From: Anthoceros angustus
Taxonomy: Eukaryota > Plantae > Anthocerotophyta
NCBI GenBank assembly: GCA_010909165.1
Contig: MU008165.1
Location: 682,001 to 746,000, forward strand
Length of the DNA stretch: 64,000 nt
Direction of reading: 5' to 3'
Made by a program: the position numbers and the translations under genes. Position 1 is the stretch's first letter; every line of letters begins with the position of its first letter. A model generated the notes under the pieces. The model had not been told where the DNA came from, did no database searches, and saw nothing but the letters and a program-made list of their open reading frames with translations. Below, in pieces: positions 26,480 through 38,579 of this stretch.

Positions 26480-27140
26480 CCAGTGTGGGAGGAAAATCCC
26501 GGGGCTTCCAAGATTCACCCTCTAGTGGCCACACTTATCCCACTGTTGCTTACATGTTGGGTTTCGTCCCATGAGACTTGTGTGGACAGCCGGATTCTCA
26601 GAGATCAATCGTTGCCTACACCCATTCACAACCTCAACCCCCTCAACAAGCAAGGCACCTCTAATCCTCCCTCTGCCACTGCACACCTTGCTCCAAAATT
26701 CACCAACTCCCGACCTACAACGCAACACAACACAATCAGAGATCATGCCTCGTGGAAGAGTCCACCTCAAGGACCCCTGACCCCATGCGATTTTGTCCCC
26801 ACCTCTAAGACTAACTCCTCCAACAATTTGAGCACCTTCTTATTACTGGATTTGGGATTAGGCCCTTAGGCCTCGCTTGGCCTTCCCTCTTACCTACCTC
26901 AATCCTCTACTCCTCATTCCACTCATCATTCTCCTCAACGCTCAACGCTCAACTCAACTCATCATCCTCCTCTAATCTAATCTCACTTCAAGCTCACCGG
27001 CCTGTTCGCTCTTCTGGCCTGCACAGGGGTCCGCCATAAGCCGCCAGGTTCTTCCTTGGGCCGGGCTGCTGAGTTTGACACGACAATGGCTCTCTGAGTC
27101 TTTCCCCGTAGTCTACCTAAGCGTGATTTCACGATGGCCC
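26480..27140 (+). repeat. Dispersed LTR-like repeat R, copy 1
   Basis: GGCCACACTTATCCCAC...CCATGAGACT...AACAAGCAAGGC is shared with 29875-30425 (inverted) and 59474-59740. Confidence 0.85.
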
Positions 27141-27424
27141 GGGGTGCACAATCCCGTATCGTTGTAGTAAGGGGTTCGTTCCATAGGGAATGGACTCGTG
27201 CTTATTCTGCAGGCCTATACAACCTATCGCCCTGAGCGGACTTCATCATGTTGGTCCCAGGGCGGCTCCAACCCTAAATGTGGCCCTCAACTCGTCGGAT
27301 TAGACGCCAACCACCGGACCTTCCCACAAACCCTTCTCCGACCTGCCGAAGCAGGGTTTTAGCGTTCCTCGTCGATCTACGACTCTAGCGGCCGCTCCTC
27401 AACCTCTATCCAGGCCACAACTCC

Positions 27425-27997
27425 CACTAGGAAAAGTGTACTTTTACCACGGACATTACTACGGACTTTACAGCGGGTTTTACTACTCCCGTAAAATCGA
27501 GTAATCACATGGCGTTAATGTCTAAAGTAGTGAGAGTCCGACCCGATATGATGGCTAATCGTATTCTATACAAGAGTATGTACGAATATGTTAATGAAGT
27601 CTACATTATTAGTTACTCTTTAAATTACCAAACCTTTTAGGTATTTACATCAAACAACCACGGACTTTACTACCGCCTAATCGTGGTTAAAAATCATGGT
27701 TAGTTAACGAGATTAGCTAACCATGATATTAATAGTAATTAAATGAGTGGGTTTGGTTAATCATATATTGACCATAGTTAATTAATCACGGTTAAGTAAT
27801 CCAATGACTCATGTAAATTCCTTGGGTTCCGTTGTAAATCTCTGTTGTAGAAAAGACCGTAGTAATATTTTATAGTAAATATTATAGTAAAATCCACAGT
27901 TAACATACGGAGTAAAATTCTATAGTAAAAGTATGTTGTAAAATTCTATGGTTAAAAGTCCAAGTAAAATTCTACAAGAAAAGCTTGTAGTAAAATT
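27425..27997 (+). mobile_element. CACTA-type terminus with subterminal repeats
   Basis: CACTAGGAAAAG followed by TTAC(C/T)ACGG / CCGTAGTAA and TAGTAAAAT repeats; no partner end seen in the window. Confidence 0.6.
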
Positions 27998-28229
27998 GAG
28001 GGGAGGGAGGGAGAGGAGGGAGGGAGGGAGAGGAGGGAGGGTAGGCGGGGATAGGATGTAGGGGAGGAGGGAGTGAGGGAGGACAGTTCGACCAAACCCC
28101 GCTTGCAGATCAGCTACATCATCAGGCGTCATACACCTCGCAATTCCGCCCCTTCCGTGTATTCAAAAACAAGAGGTGTCCTCTCCACTAGCCGGCCAAA
28201 TCCATGGCATTGCTTAGAAAACCAGAATC

Positions 28230-29870
28230 CTACGTAAAATTTACACCAAAATATGAGGTCCCTGAACAAGAAATTTCGGACAAATCATGGAACATGGAAA
28301 TGATGAAAGCAGCATCATTATAACAGCATTCAATCATAGACTTCCTCGGCATCCTTGGCCACTTTATGGAAGGTACCGTCCCACCATCCACCCGCTGTCT
28401 AAGACATTTTTTTTTATGAGACTCCATCAGCGTGTGCTTGGCCTCAGTGCACTTCAACAAGTAATACTCAACCCCTTCATCTTCAGGCTCTGCCAAGACA
28501 AGGAAATTGTCGCCAACTTCTAGGATATCTGCCATCTCCGAGACATCAACAGCATCCTCATCCTCAGCCTCACCTGTAGAAACAAGTGGAAGGAGGGGTT
28601 CAGGAAGTGTGAGCAATGGAATAGGCTGGTTGGTTGCTTGTCGAGTCAATCTGGGGCCAGCAACCTGTCCATGCGGTTTGATCTTAAAAGTTCTCCAAAA
28701 CCCAGGATGAGGCACCATTTCGCAAGCTGCATGATTGCTCTCCAAACAATCGGCACAAAAGCAGGCAAGGCTCCGCATTCGCAGTTGTGTAGGGTCATTC
28801 ATGTTCTGATCCTCTGTGTGCATCCGCTTAGATCCTCGGATATCACACCCAATGGTTTCTGCGATTAACCTCTGCTTTTTCCAATGAGCCGAAACTTCAG
28901 AACCCCATGCTCAAGATTAGCATAAGAGGAGGGCTGCGCCACAAATATTTTATTATGATCTCACCACATCTGCTGCATTTTGCATCGGCCATTGAGGGGA
29001 CGACTCTGTGCGAAACGCTTCAAAATGGCACCAGCACCATCGTGCTCTCCCTTCCCATGGCCACTCCCAAAATAAGACCAAAGCATGTTACACCCACCTG
29101 TGATGCTAGGATACCTCGCAATGAAATAGCTAGGACGACATGCCTTGAATTGGCTTGCTGCCCCATCTGACCAACACCAGTGTTCTCGTGGTCGAGGGAA
29201 TCATGCATCCTGCATCCACTGCCACTGTTTTAGCAAACAATGTTGGACGAATAAAGTGTCATGTACCATGTCGTCGCTAATAAAAAAATGATAGTACTTC
29301 TCCACAGTTCTGCCAGGGTCTTCTGGGTCAACTGGACCATTGCGCCTATAGAACACCAGGACGAGGATAGAGACTTGGCGTTACGCGTTAAATGGGTCAT
29401 CTCGGACTCCAAATGCGTAATGCAGTACATCAAACAACAACAAATATCTTGGGAAACCATTCAAGGCATTGTCTGAACTCTATCCCTACACCGTTGGATG
29501 AAATCATGTAGCACAAACTCAAGCTTACCCTTCAAGTACTCCACAAACCTCGGATGGGTGTGTTTCCATGAACACCAACTTTATTCTTTTCTTGTCATTT
29601 ATATCGCATCACTTACCACCATTAAGCGGCGCCACTTAAGAATGCGAATCACTGCTGCACTTGTCTCTAAGAGGATGAAGGGAAGTGTGCTGACACCACA
29701 CCTGTCACATGTTCCTTGCAGGCATGCAAGGAAATGCCAAGGAGCATCCTCGCCCTTTGCACAGAGAATACGTTCACAAAGCTGCCTAACAGACACCAAA
29801 CAAGTGGAACCAGCGTTACAAGGGGGTGCTTGCTCACCAGGCGGAGGAGCACACACCACACATGAACAGT
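28230..29870 (-). pseudogene. Sola2-like DDE/DDD transposase remnant, 5' truncated
   Basis: Manual translation gives CLQGTCDRCG, QVSILV, FFISDDMVHDTLFVQHC, WCWSDGAASQFK, WSYFGSGHGKGEHDGAGAILKR, RSLACFCADC. Confidence 0.75.
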
Positions 29871-29874
29871 GACA

Positions 29875-30425
29875 CTGGCCACGGGGGTGAACCTTGGAGG
29901 ATAGACTACAGGGAAAGACTCCCTAGAGTTCTCGCTGTCTGGTGTCAAACTCATAGCAACCGCCAAGGAAGAACTTGCAGGCTCGTAGGTGGACCCCAAG
30001 AAGTTGTGTCGTAAGGGCGAGCCGGGCCAGCGTAAGGGACGAATCCCAAATCTATACAAGAGGGTGCTCAAATTGTCGGAAGAGTTAATCTTAGAGGTGA
30101 GGACAAAATCGCGGCGCGGGTCAGGGGGTCCCTAGGCGCCCGTGGTGGACTCCTTTCCGCTGAGGCATGGCCTATAGTTGTGTTGAATCATTGTAGGTCG
30201 GGAGTTGGTGAATTTTTGGAGCAGTGCAAGTGGTGCAGCTGCTATAGAGGGAGAGTTAGAGGGGCCTTGCTTGTTGAGGGGGCTGAGGTTGTGAATGGGT
30301 ACAGGCAACGATTGATCTCGCGGAATCCGTTCACAAGTCTCATGATAACCCAACGCATAGCGTCTTGTGGGATGAGTGTGGCCCTTTGGAGGCGAATCCG
30401 GAAGCCGGGTTTTCTCCCACAGAAA
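29875..30425 (-). repeat. Dispersed LTR-like repeat R, copy 2 (inverted)
   Basis: Reverse complement of most of 26480-27140. Confidence 0.85.
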
Positions 30426-30983
30426 CAAAGATCCTTGACTCGGATAAGGGAGTGGCACCGTCTTGGGTGAAATGCCCATGAAGGAGATGAACTCTCTGGT
30501 CACCTGCTTGCCCAAAACATTGTTGATCTTGTAAGCGCGGGTGTCGCCCACCTCGTAGAAGTGCCACCAGATGTGCAGTGCAAATATCTTGTAGATATCC
30601 AGGATTTGCACATCGGGGTTTTGAAGAGGTAGGATTGAACGAACGAGTTGTAGAAGGTGATGGCATTGGGTGCCCCAGAGTCGAATCCAACCTGCCACCA
30701 AGTGCTCAGGTGGGTTTTGTCCGTGGTCATGCCGCCTAGCCCGGTGCTGTCGGTGTAGGCGAAGTAGCTAACATGTATACGGGCCATACACAATGCACCA
30801 ACTAGTGCTAACCAACAAGTAAAATCATTTATCAACAAGAGAAAAAATGACAGAACATAAGCAAGCACAAAAATCCCTGAACGCGTAGGGCTACATTGAC
30901 ATATACCACCCTAGCTTGCCCCCGCAAATGTAACATCTAGAGTCCACATCCTTCACCAATGTGGAGGAGTACAACTGAAACTC

Positions 30984-31738
30984 CTATACGAAGACCCACT
31001 CAAACTTCCTCCTAATCTCCGCTTCCTCCGCTAGAGTGAGGTCATTCTTGATTTTGAATGTCTTTCGAATCTCCTCAGGACTCTTATCCTCGATCATATT
31101 TGCCACGGCTTGACAGGCCAAATCGAGTAGCTTCTTGATGTTGAGGTAATTGGCTGCCTGCTCCACACCACAAACAGATGTTTACAATCTTGTATAGCAA
31201 AGCAAGAAGGGCCTCATGATCATGAACTCTTTATCCCATGATGCAAACAAAAACAACTGAAGTTTGCAACACAACAAACCAGCCAAACCATGGAACAACA
31301 AATCATCCGCACCCCATGATACACTAGCTACCACAGCAGCTAGGAAGGCAGAAGTATAAGTGTTTTGCACAATGGCCTCATTCCAACCGCCTCACATCAG
31401 CTTTAACATAACAAGAGCGGCCATTTACTCACATTGATGAGGCGAAATAGGGTTGCCAAGTCGAGCTTCACAAATTCTTGGTCCCAGCACTTGATTTCAT
31501 CGTCGACGGCCACTTGATTGCCCTCAGACTTCTTCAATGCCTCCACATGATACTTGCAATACTCAAGGACCTTTGCCAAGATGTTATTGCGGACGTTAGG
31601 GATTGGGATAAGGCTTTCAACGCCCATGTCTTCAATTAGATCCTTCAATATCTGACTCTCTTGTGCGACAGCTTCGTCAACCTCAAAAATCTCATTATGA
31701 TCCCAGCTCTTCAACTTCACCTTCCTCTCTGGAGCCAT
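30984..31738 (-). CDS. SKP1: SKP1-like protein copy 2, 159 aa; exons 31738-31433 and 31157-30984
   Basis: [41 protein letters not shown]; phase-0 GTGAGT...CAG intron at the usual plant SKP1 position. Confidence 0.96.
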
Positions 31739-31971
31739 GGCTGCTACAGCTAGACCTGGCAACAAGCACACAAACCTAAGCCTCCTCTTGCCCGTGCATG
31801 GCACACTAGAATCCGAGCGAGGGAAGAGGGAACTTACAACACTAATCTCCAACCCTAGAGTCGTATCAAGACAAGCCAGACGACCCGAAACAGATTTAGA
31901 AGAGGCGCACTCAAAGCCTACGACAAATAGAGCCAGCGAAGATGCAAATATCACACCACCATGTCCCTCTG

Positions 31972-32140
31972 CATATATAGTCCAGATTGATGGCAGCCGA
32001 CAACTAGTTCTCGATAATGTAAGCTGTCACCTGCCTACATATATAGGCCAGATTAATGGTGGTTGGCAACAACTGGTTCTCGATAACATACGCTGTCGGG
32101 CTAGAGACAATGTCGAGATGGCACATGGAAAGTTGGTCTC
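31972..32140 (-). promoter_or_regulatory. TATA box plus duplicated GATTGATGGC...GTTCTCGATAA module of SKP1 copy 2
   Basis: TATATAT about 240 nt before the ATG; module also found at ~24570-24620, 54363-54480 and 55375-55492. Confidence 0.55.
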
Positions 32141-33789
32141 GACTTCGGCACCTTCCAACTTCAAAAGCTTTGCAGCCTCATGTAAGTACCAAGTCCTTCC
32201 GATTCTTTACCGTCTTCCAATTTGTCAAATAATGTCAATCTTTCAAGAGCATCACATGTCATAGCTAGCTCGCTTCGAAAGCTATCCTACTTCGAGGATT
32301 CACACATGGAGTCATTCACGACCATCTCAAATCCTGAATCAGGCATTGGTGCTGGAAGAGACCTACCGTGGCTACTCTGAAGAGGATGGCACTCAGCATC
32401 TTGTGCGTACAGTGCTGTATACCACCAGAGACAACAAGATCTCCGGCAGTGGCTCTGACGATCTGAGCCTGCAGGTGAAATCGATCCTACAACCCGCGCA
32501 GTCAAACTTCACAAACTCTACCTCGATTCCACTGATCGTATCCTTTGAATACAACTGGCACCAAGTCTTTTAAGAATTGCCAGCATGTGATTGAAGGCAC
32601 ACTTCGGCACCAATTTCACCTTGTCAACTCTTATAGGCTCCAATTACACTGGCCATGGTTACGACGGCATGGTGAATTCATATGGAAGGTCAGCACCACA
32701 CGCGCTCTTCCATGTGTGTGGATGAATAGACAACATCACATCCCAACTATGCAGTCACATCCTAACTCACTCTCGTGAGTTCAGCAAGCTGTAAGCAATT
32801 TTCCCAATTAAGTGCAAAACGTGGGCAGGCGTGAGCAAGTGCAGAATACCTATGGAGAACATTATTTCTATCTTGCTCTTTCATAGGTGTACCAAGAGAT
32901 AAGCCATGGAGATCCGATCAAGCAGGACTTCAGCATGTGTAACACTTTTGAGAGTGAAAGTTCTGAAAAGTGCTACAAGAGTGTTACAAAGCCAGGTTTC
33001 CATGCACACGTAGCGCACGCGGGCGTGCGGAATTGTTCACCGCGCCCTCTAGATCCTCAACAACAGTGTCCTCTAGAAGAATTCGGAGCTCGCCATCCCC
33101 GATGTTTTTCGCCCACCACATCATATCAGTGGCCAACGCAGTGCATCTGAAGACGCTCTATCAGCGGGAAGACGAAGAGCGATTTTATGGGCACCAGCGG
33201 GCTGTGGCTCGCCTTCTCTCCCTTCCTCCTTCCCTCTCTATTTGCTCCGAGCTGGGTGTGTGCTTCTCCACAGGTATGGCATTCGGCGTCGCCATTCCTT
33301 GCACCCCACAAGATACACAGCCATTCACACATTCTAGAACAGAAAGGTACTTGTGCCCTGATCACCGCAAAATTCCTAGAGCCTCCCCCCAACTCTTGCA
33401 AAGCATATTGGGTTGTGGCATCAAGTGCTAAGCCAGGGCCAAAGTGCCGAGATTGCACAATCCGACATGTTGAACCGCTCCAGGATGTCCAGCAAAGCCC
33501 GGGTCGCATACAAACCATTTCACAGTATCCTTTGAATACAACTGGCACCGAGTCTTTTAAGAATGGCCGGCATGTGATTGAAGGCTACTGGGACGATTGA
33601 TCCTCTACCAACAAAAATATCTTTTCTTGGGGTCGAGGTCATGTTCAAAGCTTCAAATTGACTGGCTGAATTCCTTCGTTCTCAAAAGTAAAAGTTCTAA
33701 AAAATAAAAGCAAGGGAGAGAGAGTGCAAGGACGGGCCAAAGAGAGTGGAAGAATGAGAGGCCCCGAAAGACTAGGGGAGAGAGTTCTT

Positions 33790-34450
33790 AGTCTTTAATC
33801 ATAGTTCATATAACATACTTAATGATGGTTCATACAACATATTTGATTATGGCTCAAAGGACATATTTAATCATGGTTCAATTGACATCCTCAAGTATAG
33901 TTCATACAAGTGAGCTGTAGTTAACTATAGTTCATTTGCTTCCTTGTTACAAGCTCAGCCATATTAATGATTAAAAGCTTTCAAGAGAGCTCACAAATTC
34001 ATCATATGTTAATTGCAATTACAAAAATTAAAGTATTTAAAATTATTAATCATAATACTTATGATTTTTGTTATTTTATTTATTTTGTATAAAATTTATA
34101 TAAAAATAAAAATCTATGAAAAAGTTTATAACATATTTTACTACGAATTCCGTTGTAAAGTGGTAGATCATAGAGATTAATTTCTATAGGTAACAAAATA
34201 TAACACCTACCGGTTATTAACTATGGTTCATTCAAATGCCTTAGACACGTGCTTGTACCTCCAGCACAAGTAGAATCATTGTTTTACATGGCCTCAAGTA
34301 TTTAATATATGTCAAAAACTTTCCGATAACTCCGGCATAGCCAAACTATGTAAAAAACGAAAAAAAGACAAACAAGGTCTATAAGACTATCCATAGGAAG
34401 AACAAACAACCATTTGTCAAAGAGTCATCTTGAATAGAAAAATAGTGAAG
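33790..34450. mobile_element. AT-rich DNA-transposon subterminal remnant
   Basis: Repeated TAA(T/C)YATRGTTCA motif and TTTACTACGAATTCCGTTGTAAA, similar to 27425-27997. Confidence 0.5.
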
Positions 34451-36216
34451 TTATTTTTTTTGAAATTAGTGAAGTTGTCTGCAGAAAGAGGGTAAAAGGG
34501 AGGAGCCATAGGGATCTAATCAAGTGCACAATCTTTCTACCGTTAGTGTACCAAGGGGGAGCTAACGTTTAGTATATAGAAACCTAGAACAAGATAGTTA
34601 AACTGGCATACGTGGCCTTCTTGGCCTGTCCCTTGCCCATGTATATGTACGCTACCCCATACAAGAAAAATGTTCACTTTCCACAAAGCTGTGTCTTGCT
34701 GTCCGTGTTATAGCAGATACCAACGATATGAAACAAATGATGGGACTGATTTCATAGTCCTAAGCCCACAACCGTGGGCATTCCAAGATGATTGATTGAA
34801 TTGTGTATGATGTGGATTTTTGGATAGGATCTGATAAAACATCGCCAACCGGAGTATCAGACCTGGCTTGATCTTGATTAATGGAATAGAATTGCTTACA
34901 CTTATGATTGTGTGATGGTCGCATTGCTAATGTCTTCCTGTAGGCATAGACATGTTGGAACCTGTTGAGTGGTGGACGGACATGAACATAAGAGCAAAGA
35001 AAACCCATTGCATTGTCAGTGGTTTCGAGTGGTTGAACGTAGGCTGCGTAAAAAGAAACCCGGCATTATTAGAAACTGTGGAACGTAAAAGTTTGGGCCA
35101 CTGGATCAAGTTCATTCATTTCGGAACAGGTCCAAACTCATTTGGTTGAGAATTGGTTAGAGGAGATATGACGCCATTCTTTTTATTCCTTTTGAAGCTG
35201 GAAGTATAGGGGACTGTTAGGTAGGCATAGGGGATACTGAGGGGAAAAGAAACGGTCCAAAATGACCCCTCAGTGAAGCAGGTAGGTAGCCTAAAAGGGT
35301 GATAGGTTGACAGCCTACCACCGTAGGCTGCCACCCCTCAGGTGGGGTGAAAGGCTGAGGAATCAGCGGGGCTCATGCCTTATCGTCGTGGTGAGGGGCG
35401 TCTCAAATAGGGAAAATGAATTTAGGATAGGATATATCTACTATATATGCCCACCAATAGGAAAATTAGACAAATAGGCTAAAATTGGGGATACTTAATT
35501 AGAACCATATTAATTAGGAGGTAATTAATTAGCGGCCGATATGGAAAAGGAAAAGAGGTAATCTAGGGAGGAAAAAGGTATTTTAGGATGGTAAACCCAA
35601 TCTAGGGTTGGAAAACAGCCACGTGGCGCACATCTGGGGGAGGAAAGTTCAGTTTGGGCAGCGCCATCTCTCACCTCAAACTAGAGCATCCCCACTTCGC
35701 GCGAAGAAGTAGCACTTGAGCTTGGAGAGGAGGAAGAGAAGGAAGAAAGGCGCCATCACCGCGAGCGAATTGCGAGAAGGAGGAGACCAGGCGGAAATCA
35801 AAGAGAAAAGCTAGAAACCCTAGCTTCGTGGCCAGCTTCAAGACAAGAAGGAGAAAAGAAGAGGAAGGCGCAAGAGGGCACGGAGTGAGAGGAGCCTTCG
35901 ACGCGCTGCGAGTTGCTGAAGGAGACTGTGAGGGCCAGGAGGCACAAGGTTGGGGCACCTAGAGCATCACGACTGTGGAAATTAAGGGCACAAGAAGGAG
36001 CACCGTGACTACTTTACTGACGGCGCCTTGCCCTGGAAGGAGAAATCTTGAGGATAATTGGCAGCAGCTGGAAAGCGCCAGCCAGGACTAACGTTGTAAT
36101 TGTGCCTCAGGTGGGGTTGGAGGAGAAGCATTTGGGAGCAAAGCTCTGAGGTTACCAGTTCTTGGAATTGAGGAGTAATTTCCTTCCTTGGAAGCACTTG
36201 GGGAGTAAGAAGGCAT

Positions 36217-38339
36217 CATGACTAGAGGAGCGAGAGGCAAAGGGAAGGAGGCGCCCGCCAGGGGCTCGTCTTCAGGTGGAGGCACAGGAAGAGGCAAAAA
36301 GCCGGCAGCAGGAGGATTGCCACAAGGTGGTCGCAGCCTGGAGATGCCGCAATTCACCTGTTTCGCGGGGCAGCTCAACCATGAGATTTGGTAGATTTTA
36401 GGCAATGGGTGGAAGAGGAGAACATCCAATTGGGATGGGTGTATGGCCGCCAATGGGCCTACACCAATTTGGAGCTGATTAAGAAGTGTTACATCAACCT
36501 CCATCAATCGGAGGCAGCCTTTGCCGCGCTGCCAGAAAGGAATGCCAGGACTGATCCCCGTTGCTGGATAGTCCGGAGCATTCGCCAGGTGTATGGAAGG
36601 CCGGAGGAGGAGAGCTCAGGAGTCGCTCTTCTTGAGAAGACGAATAGGGGAAAGAGAGCCCCTACAGCAGATATTCTCCATGAAGTTTTGGACCTCATCG
36701 ATGGAGGGATGAAGGCCAAGACAAAGAATGGCTGGAAGACGGAGAACATCAAGGAGCTCAAGTGGAGGCCCTTCTCCCAAATTGTCTTGGGAGTGGTAAA
36801 TTATCAGCGCACCTCTTATTTCAGCACCAACTTCTTACAATTTTTGTGGAAGATCATAAGAGGAGCCCAGCCGAATTGGGGAACTATCATGTATGAGGCA
36901 TACATCCACCATAGGGAGAAGCTTCTCAAGCCCAACACGGTGGATGAGGGAGGTGCGAGGCCTTGCTACCTCAGCACCTGTTTGGTGCATTTATGGAAAA
37001 CGGAGGGGCTCTTGACCTGCAAGGAGCTTCAGGATGCTTGGCATCCTTTTGAGATTATTCACCTCCAGCCAAGCTTGGAGAGGCCCTTACCCTTTGATTT
37101 GAGGAAAACCATGGGACGGCAAACTTCTTCAAGTGCCCCGCCACCAAGGCCAAGGATTGAAGAGGAGGTGGCAGCAGCACCAATGGGATTACCGGAAGTG
37201 GAGGATCTCCCCCCACATGAGGTGCAAGGAGGAGGACGGGAGATGCAGGCCAATGAGGGCCAAGTAGTGGTCTACAAGGGCACTCCTACCACGGTAGAAG
37301 TGCAGCCTACTACGGTAGGAGGGTAACCTACCGCGGTAGGAGAGACAACCCCAAGGGTGGGAGGAATTCCCACCATCTCATGGGTGCTAGAGGGAGAGGC
37401 ACCCCATCAACCTACCACGGTAGGCAGGCAGCCTACCGCGGTAGGCAGGCAGCTTACGGCGGTAGGGAAGCAACCTACCGCGCTAGGGAGGCAACCTACG
37501 TTGGTAGGCGGTGACCCTCTGGTAGGGAGGAGAAGGAAAAAGTAGCGCCAAGGGGCTGCCAAGATGTAGCCGCCCAAGGAGGAAGAGGGGATGGAGCGAC
37601 GGTGCGAGGGCCTGCCTTATCGCGCGACGGCCAGGAGGCCAGCTCGAGAGATGCAGGGGCGCTGGAGATTTCCAGCAAGAGACCGGAGGAGTCTGAATTA
37701 GGATCCTTAGGAGAATTGCTGAGTGTCTATGAGACGCTTAGCAAGGTAGAGTTGAAGAAGGCCAAGGGAATGGCAGCCTCCCTCCTGCCATGCCAAGAAG
37801 AAATCCGAGCGAATAAGGCCCAGGAGATGGAAGAGAGGCGAGCAAGGACCAAGTGGCAACCGGAAGTCATGGAGTCCGATGAGAAAGCAGCAAAGCTAGA
37901 GAAGGTTGTGGAGAAGCTCCAGCAAGACATCATGGATCACAAGCGGACAGAGAAGGCCCTGGAGGGGAAGCTGTCCCAATTAGAAGAGAGAGCCGTTCGA
38001 GCCATTAGTCAGCGCGACACATGGAGGCAAAAGGCGGAAGACCAATTTGCCCAGCTGCAGCAGGAGAGACAGGTGAAATCTGAAGCTCTAGAAAGGGAGA
38101 AGCGAGCGGCCCAACAAGTGGAAGTACAGGAGCAAGTGTTGGCCACCCAAGCCATCAGAATCCGGGATGTGGAGGAAGAGCTGCGGAAAACCCGGTTGAG
38201 CTTGGAAGTGAGGAGCACATAATTAATCAGCCAAGATCTCCAAGTGCAAGGGCTGGAGCGCAAGAAGGATGCGTGGCAAGAGGAGAGGGAGAGACTTGCC
38301 AAGCAAATGGCCGACCTGGAACAAAGAAGAGTCCAAAAA
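36217..38339 (+). pseudogene. Accessory ORF: basic N-terminus, Athila ORF1/plant-transposon-like domain, repeat linker, coiled coil
   Basis: 312-aa and 206-aa open frames; homologues at 21000-22055 and 14500-16003. Confidence 0.75.
37286..37525. repeat. Array of quasi-palindromes CCTACC(A/G)CGGTAGG with 21-bp period
   Basis: About 8 copies in two runs, encoding QPTTVGR/QPTAVGR. Confidence 0.9.
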
Positions 38340-38579
38340 TTCACTATTTTTCTATTCAAGATGACTCTTTGACAAATGGTTGTTTGTTCTTTCTATAGAT
38401 AGTCTTATAGACTTTGTTTTTCTTTTTTTCATTTTTTACATAGTTTGGCTATGCCGGATTTATTGGAAAGTTTTTGACATATGTTAAATACTTGAGGCCA
38501 TGTAAAACAATGATTCTACGTCTTTGGAGTACAAAACGTGTCTAAACATTTGAATGAACCATAGTTAATAGCAGGTAGG
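38340..38579 (-). repeat. Inverted copy of 34206-34450
   Basis: TTCACTATTTTTCTATTCAAGATGACTCTTTGAC...GAACCATAGTTAATA is the reverse complement of 34206-34450. Confidence 0.95.

Larger units (their letters stand above)
35077..38339 (+). mobile_element. Gypsy terminus fragment F with accessory ORF
   Basis: TGTGGAACG start; TATATAT at ~35441; G-box GCCACGTGGC at ~35618; ORF from ATG 36217 with long frames 36388-37326 and 37602-38222. Confidence 0.85.

Noticed and set aside
30430-30720. Coding-like minus-strand fragment (DIYKIFALHIWWHFYEV)
   Set aside because: Too short to assign; fused to repeat R
31739-31954. N-terminal extensions of SKP1 in the ORF track (also 54149-54301 and 55617-55664)
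   Set aside because: They start at non-ATG codons; homology and the equal 306-nt exon length support the MAPER/MSQGR ATGs
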